In this document: one piece after another, positions 47,710-57,812 of the stretch
How the letters are laid out: every line of letters starts with the position of its first letter
Position numbering within the stretch: the stretch's first letter is position 1
From: an uncultured bacterium
GTDB taxonomy: Bacteria > Actinomycetota > Acidimicrobiia > Spongiisociales > UBA5794
DNA length: 64,000 nucleotides
Assembly: GCA_963801165.1 (NCBI GenBank)
Contig: CAWDDT010000007.1
Span: forward strand, 1 to 64,000
Reading direction: 5' to 3'
Made by a program: the position numbers and the translations under genes
The notes under the pieces: generated by a model
What the model was told of the DNA's origin: nothing
What the model saw: only the letters and a program-made list of their open reading frames with translations
Database searches by the model: none

Positions 47710-48840
47710 CGTTGCAGCAGGCGTCACTGCCAACCGCGTTGTCCACACCATCGCCGCCATGAACAACGGCACGAGGCCGAACCCGTACCGGATCGGCATG
47801 ATGCGGTCGAGGACACCCAGCAGTGCCGGGGTGATGGTGATGGCGACGCCTGAAGCGTATGCCGCCAGCGCAATGAGACGTTGCTCCGGCAGGCTCGGAT
47901 CGGCGAGCAGAAAGTCCAGCAACACCGGATACAGGACGGCGATCCCCAGACCGGCGAGAAAGAGACCGGCAATCAGAACCGTGACGCCGCCACCGAACAC
48001 GACAAGCACACCTGCAAGCGACGTGACGACTGCCGACACCAGGACCGGTGAGCGCAGTCCCCGTGGGCCGACAAGCCGCCCCACGGCCATACCGACGGCA
48101 AAGGCCGCTGCCAAACCGCTGGCTACGCTGTCGGTGGCGCCACCGTCGACAAGACGGGCGGCACCCCAGGTCCAGAAGCAGAACTCTGCGGAAACGGCGA
48201 GCACGATGGCCAGCCAACGCCACCAGGTGCTCGCCGTCATTCGCCCGGAAGATGTCACGCTGACTGCCGACAAGGTTCCTGCCGGGCTCCGCCTCCGCGT
48301 CGTGGTGAGCGCAGCGGGAATAACCCAGAGCAGGGGGAGGATCAGGGCGACACGGCCGGTGGTGAACAGACGGTCGGCCAGGGCCACCGCGCCGGGGGCG
48401 ATGAGACCGGCGACACTCGAGGCACCGACCGCGACGGCGAGACGGTGCGAGCGGTCGTCGGTCCCGACAAGGGCGGGGGTTGCGATCACAAACGCCGAGC
48501 ACCCCGCCCCTTGGAGCAACCCCCCGGCTCCGAGGAGAGACAATCTGTCACCGAACCCGAGGAGGGCCGTGCCGGCCAACAGCAGCAACGCTCCCACCGC
48601 CACAACCGGTGCCGGGCCCCGGCTCAGCGCGCGCCTCCCCAGCAGACCAGCTCCGAGCAGGGTGAACCCGAATGCCGACCCCAGCCACGCCAGTTGGTAG
48701 CGGGGGACGTTGAGATCCCGTGCCCCGAGAATCAGAACGGGTCCGAGACCACCCAGACACCATCCGACGGCCGCCTGGATGGCGAACACATGCCGATCAC
48801 GAGCGAGCAGCGTTGTGGCCACGCGGGCGAGTGTACGCAT
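47701..48840 (-). CDS. MFS transporter
   Basis: About 12 hydrophobic segments, AEFCFWTW, MAVGR, YP motifs. Confidence 0.78.
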   Translation of the reverse strand: MRTLARVATTLLARDRHVFAIQAAVGWCLGGLGPVLILGARDLNVPRYQLAWLGSAFGFTLLGAGLLGRRALSRGPAPVVAVGALLLLAGTALLGFGDRLSLLGAGGLLQGAGCSAFVIATPALVGTDDRSHRLAVAVGASSVAGLIAPGAVALADRLFTTGRVALILPLLWVIPAALTTTRRRSPAGTLSAVSVTSSGRMTASTWWRWLAIVLAVSAEFCFWTWGAARLVDGGATDSVASGLAAAFAVGMAVGRLVGPRGLRSPVLVSAVVTSLAGVLVVFGGGVTVLIAGLFLAGLGIAVLYPVLLDFLLADPSLPEQRLIALAAYASGVAITITPALLGVLDRIMPIRYGFGLVPLFMAAMVWTTRLAVTPAATSH

Positions 48841-48867
48841 CGGGGCGAGCGATGTGGCGGGCCCGGT

Positions 48868-50901
48868 CTACGCGTCCGGCTGCAGACGGGCCCGGTCGGC
48901 AGGGGCGGGGACGACACCGCCCAGGCTCGGCGCCCCACCACTCTGGGGGCCGCTGAACTGGGCGTTGTAAAGGTCCGCATACGCTCCGCCCCTGGCGATC
49001 AACTCGTCGTGGTTGCCCTGCTCGACAATCGCTCCGTGCTCCATGACCAGGATCAGGTCGGCGTCCCGGATAGTGGACAGACGGTGGGCGATGACGAAGC
49101 TGGTGCGCTGGGTCCGCAACGCCGCCATGGCATGCTGCAGCAGCGCCTCGGTGCGAGTGTCGACCGAGCTGGTGGCCTCATCGAGGATGAGCAGCGCGGG
49201 GTTGGCGAGGAACGCCCGGGCGATCGTAATCAGCTGCTTCTCACCGGCGCTGATGTTGGCGCCCTCGTCGTCGACGATGGTGTCGTAGCCGTCGGGGAGA
49301 CTGTGTACGAACCGGTCGACAAACGTCGCCTCGGCGGCGGCATGGATCTCCTCTTCCGACGCTCCCAGCTTGCCGTATGCGATGTTGTCGCGGATCGTGC
49401 CGTCGAAGAGCCACGTGTCCTGCAGTACCATCCCGGTGTTGGCGCGGACGTCGTGACGCTTCATCTGTGAGATGTCCTCACCGTCGAGAGTGATCCGACC
49501 GCTATCGAGCTCGTAGAAGCGCATGATCAGGTTGACCAGCGTTGTCTTGCCGGCGCCGGTCGGCCCGACGATGGCGATGGTGTGGCCCGGTTCGACGGTC
49601 AACGACAGATCCTCGATCAGCGGCTGGTCATCTTCGTAGCGGAAGGACACATGCTCGAAGGCGACCCGGCCGCGCCGGTCGGTCGTGCTCACCGCAAGGG
49701 CGTGATCGGGCTCCTGTTCCTCCGCATCGAGCAACTCGAACACTCGCTCTGCAGAGGCCACCCCAGACTGCAGCAGGTTGACCATCGACGCCACCTGGGT
49801 GACCGGCTGGGTGAACCGGCGGGTGTACTGGATGAAGGCCTGCACTTCACCCAGGCTCATCGTGCCACCGGCGACCCGCAGTCCGCCGAGCACTGCGATG
49901 ACCACATAGTTGATGTTGCCGATGAACATCATGATCGGCATGATCAGCCCGGAAAGGAATTGGGCTTTGAAGCTGGCCTCGTACATCTGGTCGTTCTCGA
50001 CCTCGAAATCGGATTGAACCTCTTCCTGACGACCGAAGACCTTGGTGAGGGCATGGCCGGTGAAAGCTTCCTCCACCTGGGCGTTGAGTGCACCGGTGTG
50101 GCGCCACTGTCCGATGAACTGGGTGCGAGAGCGGCGCATCACCAATGCGGCGAGGGCCATGCTCACCGGGACCGTGATCAGCACGAACAGTGCCAGGGTC
50201 CACGAGATGTCGATCATCATGACCATGATGAAGACAATGGTGAGCAGCGAGGTGAGCATCTGGCTCATCGTCTGTTGCAGGCTCTGTGCCAGGTTGTCCA
50301 TGTCGTTGGTGACCCGGCTCAACAGCTCGCCGCGCGGCTGCTGATCGAAGTAGCGGAGCGGCACACTGTTGATCTTGTCCTCGACCGCGGAGCGGAGCCG
50401 GAGGACGGTGGCCTGAACGACGTCGTTGAGCAGCCATCCCTGGACGTAGGAGAGCAGTGTCGAGCCGATATAGAGGGCGAGCACGATCGCCAGCACGTGC
50501 CACAGCGCACCGAAGTCGATGCCCTGGCCGGGCACCAGGTCGATACCGCCGAGCAGGTCCGCGACCTTGCCGTTACCGGCCGCCCTGGCGGCGTCGATTG
50601 CCTGTGCCTTTGTTATCCCCGCCGGCAGGGTCTTGCCGACCGCCCCGGCGAAGATGATGTCGGTGCCACGCCCCAGGACCCGCGGCCCCGTGACGGCCAG
50701 TGCCACGCTGGCAATGGCGGCGACGATGACCGCCCCTATCTTGGTGCGCTCGGGCCGAAGCCAGCCGAGCAACCGCCTCGCCGATCCCTTGAAGTTGCTT
50801 GCCTTCTGGCCGACCATGCCCCCGCCGTGTGGTCCCCGCCCGGGAGTCATGTGGCCGGTGATCCGCTCGGTCTTCTTCATCTTCTGAGGTGGAGTGCTCA
50901 T
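48868..50901 (-). CDS. ABC exporter ATP-binding/permease subunit
   Basis: GPTGAGKTT, ISAGEKQ, LILDEATS, IAHRLST. Confidence 0.94.
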   Translation of the reverse strand: MSTPPQKMKKTERITGHMTPGRGPHGGGMVGQKASNFKGSARRLLGWLRPERTKIGAVIVAAIASVALAVTGPRVLGRGTDIIFAGAVGKTLPAGITKAQAIDAARAAGNGKVADLLGGIDLVPGQGIDFGALWHVLAIVLALYIGSTLLSYVQGWLLNDVVQATVLRLRSAVEDKINSVPLRYFDQQPRGELLSRVTNDMDNLAQSLQQTMSQMLTSLLTIVFIMVMMIDISWTLALFVLITVPVSMALAALVMRRSRTQFIGQWRHTGALNAQVEEAFTGHALTKVFGRQEEVQSDFEVENDQMYEASFKAQFLSGLIMPIMMFIGNINYVVIAVLGGLRVAGGTMSLGEVQAFIQYTRRFTQPVTQVASMVNLLQSGVASAERVFELLDAEEQEPDHALAVSTTDRRGRVAFEHVSFRYEDDQPLIEDLSLTVEPGHTIAIVGPTGAGKTTLVNLIMRFYELDSGRITLDGEDISQMKRHDVRANTGMVLQDTWLFDGTIRDNIAYGKLGASEEEIHAAAEATFVDRFVHSLPDGYDTIVDDEGANISAGEKQLITIARAFLANPALLILDEATSSVDTRTEALLQHAMAALRTQRTSFVIAHRLSTIRDADLILVMEHGAIVEQGNHDELIARGGAYADLYNAQFSGPQSGGAPSLGGVVPAPADRARLQPDA

Positions 50902-52628
50902 GACGCCTCCGCCTTGAGCTGAGACTCGACGATCTCGATGTAGGTCGGGCAGGTGTCGAGCAGTTCGTCGTGAGTCCCCAGCCCGACAACCTCACCGTCC
51001 TCGAGCACCGCGATCTGGTCGGCATCGGTGATGGTGAAGACACGCTGTGCCACGATCAGCACGGTCGCGCCGGCGGTCACGGCCTTGAGCGCATGCCGGA
51101 GCCGGGCGTCGGTGGCGACATCGAGCGCCGAGAACGAGTCGTCGAACAGGTAGATCTCGGGTCGGCGTATCACCGCACGGGCGATGGCGAGGCGCTGCCG
51201 CTGTCCACCGGATACGTTGGTACCTCCCTGGGCGATTGGAGCGTCGAGACCCTCGGGCATGTCGGCGACGAAAGCCTTGGCCTGGGCAATCTCGAGAGCC
51301 TCCCACATCTCCTCCTCGGTGGCGTCGGGCTTGCCGTGACGCAAATTGGAGGCGACGGTTCCTGAGAACAGGTAAGCCTTCTGTGGGACCAGACCTATCT
51401 TGCCCCACAAGACCTGAGGGTCGAGGTCTCTCACGTCGATCCCGTCGACGAGGACGCTTCCGCCGGTTACGTCGAACAGACGCGGAATCAGGCTGAGCAG
51501 CGTCGTTTTGCCTGCTCCGGTTGATCCGACGATGGCGGTGGTCTTGCCCGGTTTTGCCGAGAAGCTGATATCGCGCAGGACCGGGTGGGCGGCGCCGGCA
51601 TACGTGAACTCGGCGCCCTGGAACTCCACCTCGCCGTGCTTGAGCACAGTGGTGACACCCAGCTCGGGAGGCACGACGGAAGAGCTGGTGTCGAGCACGT
51701 CGACGATGCGTTCGGCCGACACGGCGGCCCGCGGGACCATCACGAGCATGAAAGTGGACATCATCACCGAGATGAGGATCTGGATCAGGTAGGAGAGAAA
51801 GGCCGTGAGCGCACCGATCTGCATCGCACCCGAATCGATGCGGTGGCCGCCGAACCAGAGCACGGCGACGCTGGAGACGTTCATCACCAACATCACGGTG
51901 GGGAACATGGCGGCCATCCACCTGCCGACGAATATGCCGATGTCGGTCAGGTCTTTGTTCGCCGTTTCGAATCGGTCGGTCTCGAAGGGTTCCCGAACAA
52001 ATGCCCGGATGACGCGGATACCGGTGATCTGTTCCCGCAGCACCTTGTTGACGGTGTCGAGCCGGGTCTGCATGAGCCGGAAACCGGGCACCATGCGAGA
52101 GATGATCAAGCCCGTGATGGCGGCCAGAACAGGCACGGCGACGGCGACCAGCCAGGACAGCCCGATGTCTTCTCGCATTGCCATTATCACGCCGCCGACG
52201 AGCATGATGGGAGCGGAGATCATCATGGTGAACGCCATTACGACGAGCATCTGAACCTGCTGAACGTCGTTGGTGTTGCGGTTGATCAGCGACGGGGCCC
52301 CGAACCGGCCCACCTCACGGCTCGAGAACGACCCGACCCGGTGGAAGAACCGGGACCGGACATCCCGCCCGAAGGCCATCGCCGTCTTGGCGCCGAAGTA
52401 CACCGCGGTGATGGTGCATGCGATCTGGATAAGCGATACGGCAAGCATCCACGCCCCGATGCGCATGATGTAGCCGGTGTCGCCGGTCACTACGCCCTTG
52501 TCGATGATGTCGGCATTGAGGCTCGGGAGGTACAGCGCGGCGATAGTGCCGACCAGTTGGAGGGCGAGGACGATGGCGATCCATCGCTTGTATGGGCGCA
52601 GGTTCTCTTTGAGCAGACGGAGCAGCAT
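50898..52628 (-). CDS. ABC exporter ATP-binding/permease subunit (degenerate-site partner)
   Basis: GSTGAGKTT, VSGGQRQ, FDDSFS, VAQR. Confidence 0.94.
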   Translation of the reverse strand: MLLRLLKENLRPYKRWIAIVLALQLVGTIAALYLPSLNADIIDKGVVTGDTGYIMRIGAWMLAVSLIQIACTITAVYFGAKTAMAFGRDVRSRFFHRVGSFSSREVGRFGAPSLINRNTNDVQQVQMLVVMAFTMMISAPIMLVGGVIMAMREDIGLSWLVAVAVPVLAAITGLIISRMVPGFRLMQTRLDTVNKVLREQITGIRVIRAFVREPFETDRFETANKDLTDIGIFVGRWMAAMFPTVMLVMNVSSVAVLWFGGHRIDSGAMQIGALTAFLSYLIQILISVMMSTFMLVMVPRAAVSAERIVDVLDTSSSVVPPELGVTTVLKHGEVEFQGAEFTYAGAAHPVLRDISFSAKPGKTTAIVGSTGAGKTTLLSLIPRLFDVTGGSVLVDGIDVRDLDPQVLWGKIGLVPQKAYLFSGTVASNLRHGKPDATEEEMWEALEIAQAKAFVADMPEGLDAPIAQGGTNVSGGQRQRLAIARAVIRRPEIYLFDDSFSALDVATDARLRHALKAVTAGATVLIVAQRVFTITDADQIAVLEDGEVVGLGTHDELLDTCPTYIEIVESQLKAEAS

Positions 52629-53245
52629 CAGATCACCACCGGGTCTCGGGTCATTGCGCCGTGCAGGACGACTGCCACGATTTCTTCGACCGTGAGCTTG
52701 TCATCCGAGGCGAATAGGGGATGAGTGTTGACAAAGACTAGACCACGAAGCGCAACCGCAACGCGCGCCGGCTCGATGAGCAGCCGGTCGCTGTGCCTCC
52801 CGATGATGCCCGCCAGATCGGCTGTTATGGCCTCGAGCGATTCCGATGCGTAGCGTCTCGGGCTGGTACCCGGTGTCGGGTGTTTGATGTCGTGTGACAT
52901 CCCTCGCAACATCCCGACGAGGGCGGTGATCCGCTCGAAGTACCCGGCGAGAGCCTGTGCGGCGGCGAGCATCTGTGATTCGAGGGGCATATTCACGGGT
53001 ATCTGCCGCAGGGTCTCTCTGACCGGGAGCGGGTTCATGGTCGCTTTGACCGCTTCGTGCAGCAGGGTCGCCTTGTCGGGGAACACACGGAATATCGTGC
53101 CCTCTGCGATCCCCGCCGCTTGTGCCATCTCGGCGGTGGTCACGGCGGCTCCCTTCTCGAGCAGCAACGGGCACACCGCATCGAGGATCGCGGTGCGGCG
53201 GTCGTCAGGAGAGAGTGGCTTGGCTCTGCCGGTCTTGGCGCACAT
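52628..53245 (-). CDS. TetR family regulator
   Basis: AGIAEGTIFRVFPDK; upstream palindrome TGAGTGAGCACTCACTCA at about 53261-53278. Confidence 0.9.
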   Translation of the reverse strand: MCAKTGRAKPLSPDDRRTAILDAVCPLLLEKGAAVTTAEMAQAAGIAEGTIFRVFPDKATLLHEAVKATMNPLPVRETLRQIPVNMPLESQMLAAAQALAGYFERITALVGMLRGMSHDIKHPTPGTSPRRYASESLEAITADLAGIIGRHSDRLLIEPARVAVALRGLVFVNTHPLFASDDKLTVEEIVAVVLHGAMTRDPVVI

Positions 53246-53384
53246 CCGTGGGAATATACATGAGTGAGCACTCACTCACAAGGGGGTATTCGCGTCGCGG
53301 GGCGCCCGTGTCCGGCGGGCCCATCCGGCGCCGGCGACCCGATGCGATCATCCCCGTGCTAACGGAACGGCAATCTGTCGCTCC

Positions 53385-53636
53385 TCATCCTGGCGGTGTG
53401 CCACGTTTGCGTCTCATCCTCCGGGCGACGATGACACCCGCGACCGGTCCGGCGGCGAAGACCAGCACCGTGAGAACCCCGACGATCGTGTTTTGGCGAA
53501 ATACCTGCTTGATGCTCGCCTCGTAACCACCCTCGATACCGGAATAGATGATGACGTTGACTGCAGCGATCGCACCGACAACGCCGCCGACCAGACCACC
53601 CATTGTCAGATCTGTGAGCCAGGCTCGACCCCGCAT
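53385..53636 (-). CDS. Small hypothetical membrane protein
   Basis: Two TM segments and a basic tail. Confidence 0.55.
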   Translation of the reverse strand: MRGRAWLTDLTMGGLVGGVVGAIAAVNVIIYSGIEGGYEASIKQVFRQNTIVGVLTVLVFAAGPVAGVIVARRMRRKRGTPPG

Positions 53637-53684
53637 GGAGACATCATCGCAACCGCGGTCGGGTTTTGCCAGAGCACGCCGCGG

Positions 53685-55067
53685 TCAGGCCACGACCACC
53701 GTCTTTGCGTTGACGAACTCCCTGATCCCCTCGCCGGCGAGCTCACGGCCGTATCCGGAGCGCTTGATTCCGCCGAAGGGGAGCCGGGGATCTGATGCAA
53801 CCGGGGCGTTCACGAAGCAGGCGCCGGCCTCGAGCCGGTCTGCCGCGATCCGCTCCCCGCGGGCGACGTCGCGAGTGAATACGGCGGCGCCGAGCCCGTA
53901 CTCCGTGCTGTTGGCGATCGCGATGGCGGCGTCCTCATCGCGTGCCGGGATCACGGCGGCCACGGGCCCAAACGTCTCTTCGCTGTAGACCGGCATCGCA
54001 CTGGTCACCCCGGACAACAGGGTCGCCGGGTAGAACGCACCCGGCCCCGCGGGAATCTCGCCGCCGAGCACGACGTTCGCTCCTGCGGCGATGCTGGCTG
54101 CCACCTGGCGAGACAGCTCGTCCCGCAGGTCTACCCGGGCCTGTGGGCCGATGTCTGTCTCCTCGTCGAGGGGATCACCGAGCTTGCGGGTCGCCATCGC
54201 CGCCGCGAGCTTCTCTACGAAATTGTCGTGAACGGACGAGGCGACGATGAACCGCTTGGCTGCAATACAGCTCTGTCCACCGTTGATCAGCCGGCTCGCC
54301 GCACAGACCTCGGCTGCAAGGTCGAGGTCGGCATCGGCGAGAACCAGATACGGGTCGCTACCACCGAGCTCGAGTACCGTCTTCTTCAACAACGATCCGG
54401 CCTTGGCGGCTACCGCGGCTCCGGCCGGGCCCGACCCGGTGAGTGTCGCGGCAACGACGCGTGGGTCCTCCAGCACGGCGGCAACGCGTGACGACCCGAT
54501 GACCAGAACTCCGAACAGACCGGCCGGCAGCCCGGCATCCTCGACGATCCGCTCGATGGCGAGGGCACACCCGGTGACATTCGATGCGTGTTTGAGCAAC
54601 ACGCCGTTGCCGGCCATCAGGGCAGGAGCCGAGAAGCGGAACACCTGCCAGAGCGGGAAGTTCCACGGCATGACGGCCAGGATCACTCCCAGCGGGCGAT
54701 AGGCGACGTAGCTGGCCGCCCGTTCGGTGGCGATGGGGGAGTCCTCCAGGTAGCCCTCTGCGTTCTCGGCGTAGTGGCGGCACACCCAGGCGCACTTGGT
54801 CGCTTCCGAGCGACCCTCCCGCACCGGTTTGCCCATCTCTAGAGCCATGAGTTGCGCCAGTTCGTCGCGGCGCTCCTCGAGTAGATCAGCCATTCGTAGC
54901 AGCACTGGCGCACGTTCGGCGTAAGTGAGATGGCTCCAATCGCGAAAACAGTTGTGTGCCAGCCCGATACGGGTGGCCACCTGATCTGCGGTGTGCTCCG
55001 CGTAGCCGGCGAGCAGCTCGCCGGTGGCCGGGTTGTAGGTCTCGATCGTATCCAAAGCCTGGCTCAC
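53685..55067 (-). CDS. gabD: NAD(P)-dependent succinate-semialdehyde dehydrogenase (Sad/GabD1-like)
   Basis: MPWNFP, LKHASN, LTGS, LELGGSD, GQSCIA, EETFGP, PFGGIKRSG. Confidence 0.85.
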   Translation of the reverse strand: MSQALDTIETYNPATGELLAGYAEHTADQVATRIGLAHNCFRDWSHLTYAERAPVLLRMADLLEERRDELAQLMALEMGKPVREGRSEATKCAWVCRHYAENAEGYLEDSPIATERAASYVAYRPLGVILAVMPWNFPLWQVFRFSAPALMAGNGVLLKHASNVTGCALAIERIVEDAGLPAGLFGVLVIGSSRVAAVLEDPRVVAATLTGSGPAGAAVAAKAGSLLKKTVLELGGSDPYLVLADADLDLAAEVCAASRLINGGQSCIAAKRFIVASSVHDNFVEKLAAAMATRKLGDPLDEETDIGPQARVDLRDELSRQVAASIAAGANVVLGGEIPAGPGAFYPATLLSGVTSAMPVYSEETFGPVAAVIPARDEDAAIAIANSTEYGLGAAVFTRDVARGERIAADRLEAGACFVNAPVASDPRLPFGGIKRSGYGRELAGEGIREFVNAKTVVVA

Positions 55068-55116
55068 ACCGCCTCCTCGTATCTCTTGTGTTTCCCGCTG
55101 CTCGTAGTCCTCTCAC

Positions 55117-55755
55117 TCACAGCAACTTGCCGTCGCCTTCCCGGCCATGGACGAACCAGATCGCCCGCACCGGCTCATCTCCCTCGTTGAATAGCCGGTG
55201 GGGTCGCGTCGAGTCGAAGGCGATCGAGTCGCCCGGGTGCAGCTCGTACTTCTGGAAGCCGATCTGGATGCTCAGAACACCCGAGATCACATAGCCGTAC
55301 TCGCGGCCGTGATGGCGCATCAGCGACTCGTCGGGCGTCGACGCGCCTCCGACCTCATAGGTTGCGTGAAGAAAGTCAACAGTGTCTTCCGGGACAGGGT
55401 TGAGGTCTTCCCACCTCACCCCCGAGTCGAGGTCGATGACCCCACGATCCCGAGGATGGACCAGGGGAGCGGTCGGATGCGACGGGTTCCGGGGAGGCTC
55501 GTCGCCATCGTGGTAGTCCTCGCCGCGGATCACCCTGTCCAGGGAGACGTCGAGCTCGGTGACGATGGCGTACAGCGTGCCCACCGAGGGTTTCGACTGA
55601 CCGCTCTCGATCTGCGAGATCATGCTCGCCGATAGGCCGAGACGGCGGGCGAGCTCGCGCTGGCTCAGCCCGGCATTGACCCGTTCCTCCCGGAGCCGAT
55701 CAGCGATTCCGTCGAGTCTCTCCTGCACCCTGGCGTCCCCATGTGCATCAGTCAC
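55117..55755 (-). CDS. XRE HTH + cupin regulator
   Basis: LSQRELA...SMISQIESG..PSV; HHGREYG, FDSTRPH. Confidence 0.9.
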   Translation of the reverse strand: MTDAHGDARVQERLDGIADRLREERVNAGLSQRELARRLGLSASMISQIESGQSKPSVGTLYAIVTELDVSLDRVIRGEDYHDGDEPPRNPSHPTAPLVHPRDRGVIDLDSGVRWEDLNPVPEDTVDFLHATYEVGGASTPDESLMRHHGREYGYVISGVLSIQIGFQKYELHPGDSIAFDSTRPHRLFNEGDEPVRAIWFVHGREGDGKLL

Positions 55756-56444
55756 AGCAACATCCAGCCGCCGTCAACGTAGAGGTTGGTGCCGTTCATG
55801 GCGGGGTTCTCGAGCAAGAATTCCGTTGCCCCCACGATGTCGGCCATGGTGGCGAGCCGCCGGGTCGGCGTTCGCTCGATCACCGCATCGAGCGGCTTGT
55901 CCTTCCAGAAGGGGCTGTCGCCGACGATCCCCGGGTGGAGGGCGTTGAAGCGCACCGGCGCAAGTTCGATTGCCAGGGTTCGGATCAGGCTGCTGACACC
56001 GCCGTTGACGGTAGTCACCGTTGTCGATCCGGGGTAGGGACGGTCCTTGGCGCGACCGCCGAAGAGCACGACGGACGCGTCATCGGTGAACCGTGAGATA
56101 AGGGTGTGGACCGTCTCGGTGTAGCCGACCAGCTTCATTGTCGTCAGGTACATGGCACCCGGGATGGTGTATTCCCTGATCGGGTTGTTGTCCCGGGCGA
56201 TGGCGAGCAGCACCAGACGGGACACCGGTCCGATGCCGGCGAGGGCAGATGAAATCGTCTCCGGCTCCGCCATGTCGAACGCGATTGCGGAGACATCTCC
56301 GCCGAGGTCTGCAGCGACCCGGTCTGCCTTTGCCTGATCCCGACCCGTGATGACAACGGAGGCGCCCCTGTCCGCATAGTGACGAGCCACCTCGCGTCCG
56401 ATCCCCCCGGTGCCCCCAACCACGACCACTGTGCCATCTGCCAT
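55752..56444 (-). CDS. Atypical SDR oxidoreductase
   Basis: GGTGGIG, ELAPVRFNALHPG, VDGG; no YxxxK (VTTVN instead). Confidence 0.82.
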   Translation of the reverse strand: MADGTVVVVGGTGGIGREVARHYADRGASVVITGRDQAKADRVAADLGGDVSAIAFDMAEPETISSALAGIGPVSRLVLLAIARDNNPIREYTIPGAMYLTTMKLVGYTETVHTLISRFTDDASVVLFGGRAKDRPYPGSTTVTTVNGGVSSLIRTLAIELAPVRFNALHPGIVGDSPFWKDKPLDAVIERTPTRRLATMADIVGATEFLLENPAMNGTNLYVDGGWMLL

Positions 56445-56563
56445 CGTTCACCTCTCCTTTGCATCCGGCGGACTGTCTCCCGGTTCTACCTGTTAGCGAG
56501 GATAGACGTCCGAAGGCGACAGCGTGTAGTGTCGCTGGACAGACTAGCCGATCAAATGAAGGT

Positions 56564-57781
56564 GTGGACATCACAAACGAAAGATTCGATGTGTGCGTTG
56601 TCGGTGGTGGTCTCGTCGGGCTCGCCGTCGCCAGAGCTATCGCCCACGGATTCGTTGGTGCCTCGATTCTCGTACTGGAGAAGGAGGGCGAGGTTGCAGC
56701 GCACCAGAGCAGCCACAACAGCGGCGTGGTCCACTCCGGCCTCTACTACCGGCCGGGCTCGCTCAAGGCACGGCTGTGTGTCGTCGGACGCAAGGATGTG
56801 TATGACATGTGCGCCGACTACGACATCCCTTACCGCGTGTCGGGAAAGCTCGTGATCGCAACGCGGTCGTCCGAGATGGCAGCGCTTGATGAGTTGGAAC
56901 GGCGTGGACGGGCCAACGGCCTGACCGGGCTCCGCAGGCTTGGAGCCGCAGAAATTACCGAGATCGAGCCCGCTGCCGCAGGGTTGGCGGCGCTCCATGT
57001 ACCGGAAGCCGGCGTCGCCGACTACCCGGCGCTGGCTCTTTGCCACGTCTCGGCGCTCGAGAGCGTGGGAGCCGTGGTAGTCACCGGGGCCGCTGTGGTC
57101 AGGATCGAGCACCTCGAATCGGGCGTTGCGGTTACCACATCGAGCCAGCGATATGTCGCACGGACATTGGTGAATTGCGCTGGTCTGCACGCCGACCAGG
57201 TGGCGGCGATGGCAGACGTCGAGTCGAGCATCAGGATCATCCCGTTTCGTGGCGAGTACTACCGGATGGCGCCGGAAGCGGCGGGTCTGGTGCGCAGCCT
57301 CATCTACCCGGTGCCCGATCCACGCTTTCCCTTCCTGGGCGTCCACTTCACCAGGAGGATCGACGACACCGTAGAAGTCGGGCCAAATGCGGTCCTGGCG
57401 CTCGGACGCGAGCATTACCGCGGAGCGGCGCCGGATTGGTCCGAGCTGCGTTCGGTGATCGCCTATCCGGGTTTCCGCAGACTGGCGGGACGTCACTTGC
57501 TGTCGGGGACGAAGGAACTGGTCAACTCCAGGTCGACCCGGCTTTACGCCCGCCTGGCGCGCCGTCTGATTCCGGCGCTGCGTCGCGATCACCTCCTCAC
57601 CGGCGGTGCCGGGGTGCGAGCCCAGGCGGTCGATGCGCAGGGCAATCTCGTTGACGACTTCGTCATCGAAACGGCTGGCGCGACGGTCCACGTTCTCAAT
57701 GCACCTTCACCGGGCGCAACAGCCAGCATTGCCATAGGGAAATACGTCGCCGCGAAAATAAAACCCCTTTTGTCCCACTAA
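56564..57781 (+). CDS. lhgO: L-2-hydroxyglutarate oxidase family FAD enzyme
   Basis: GGGLVG, HQSSHNSGVVHSG.YY.PGSLKA, PFRGEY, FPFLGVH, GVRAQA, NAPSPGAT. Confidence 0.9.
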   Translation: MDITNERFDVCVVGGGLVGLAVARAIAHGFVGASILVLEKEGEVAAHQSSHNSGVVHSGLYYRPGSLKARLCVVGRKDVYDMCADYDIPYRVSGKLVIATRSSEMAALDELERRGRANGLTGLRRLGAAEITEIEPAAAGLAALHVPEAGVADYPALALCHVSALESVGAVVVTGAAVVRIEHLESGVAVTTSSQRYVARTLVNCAGLHADQVAAMADVESSIRIIPFRGEYYRMAPEAAGLVRSLIYPVPDPRFPFLGVHFTRRIDDTVEVGPNAVLALGREHYRGAAPDWSELRSVIAYPGFRRLAGRHLLSGTKELVNSRSTRLYARLARRLIPALRRDHLLTGGAGVRAQAVDAQGNLVDDFVIETAGATVHVLNAPSPGATASIAIGKYVAAKIKPLLSH

Positions 57782-57812
57782 ACACCGAATCTGATGTGTA
57801 GTGTCGCTAATC

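Noticed and set aside
50898-52628. Degenerate Walker B and H-loop (DD, Q) in an ABC subunit
   Set aside because: Normal for heterodimeric ABC exporters
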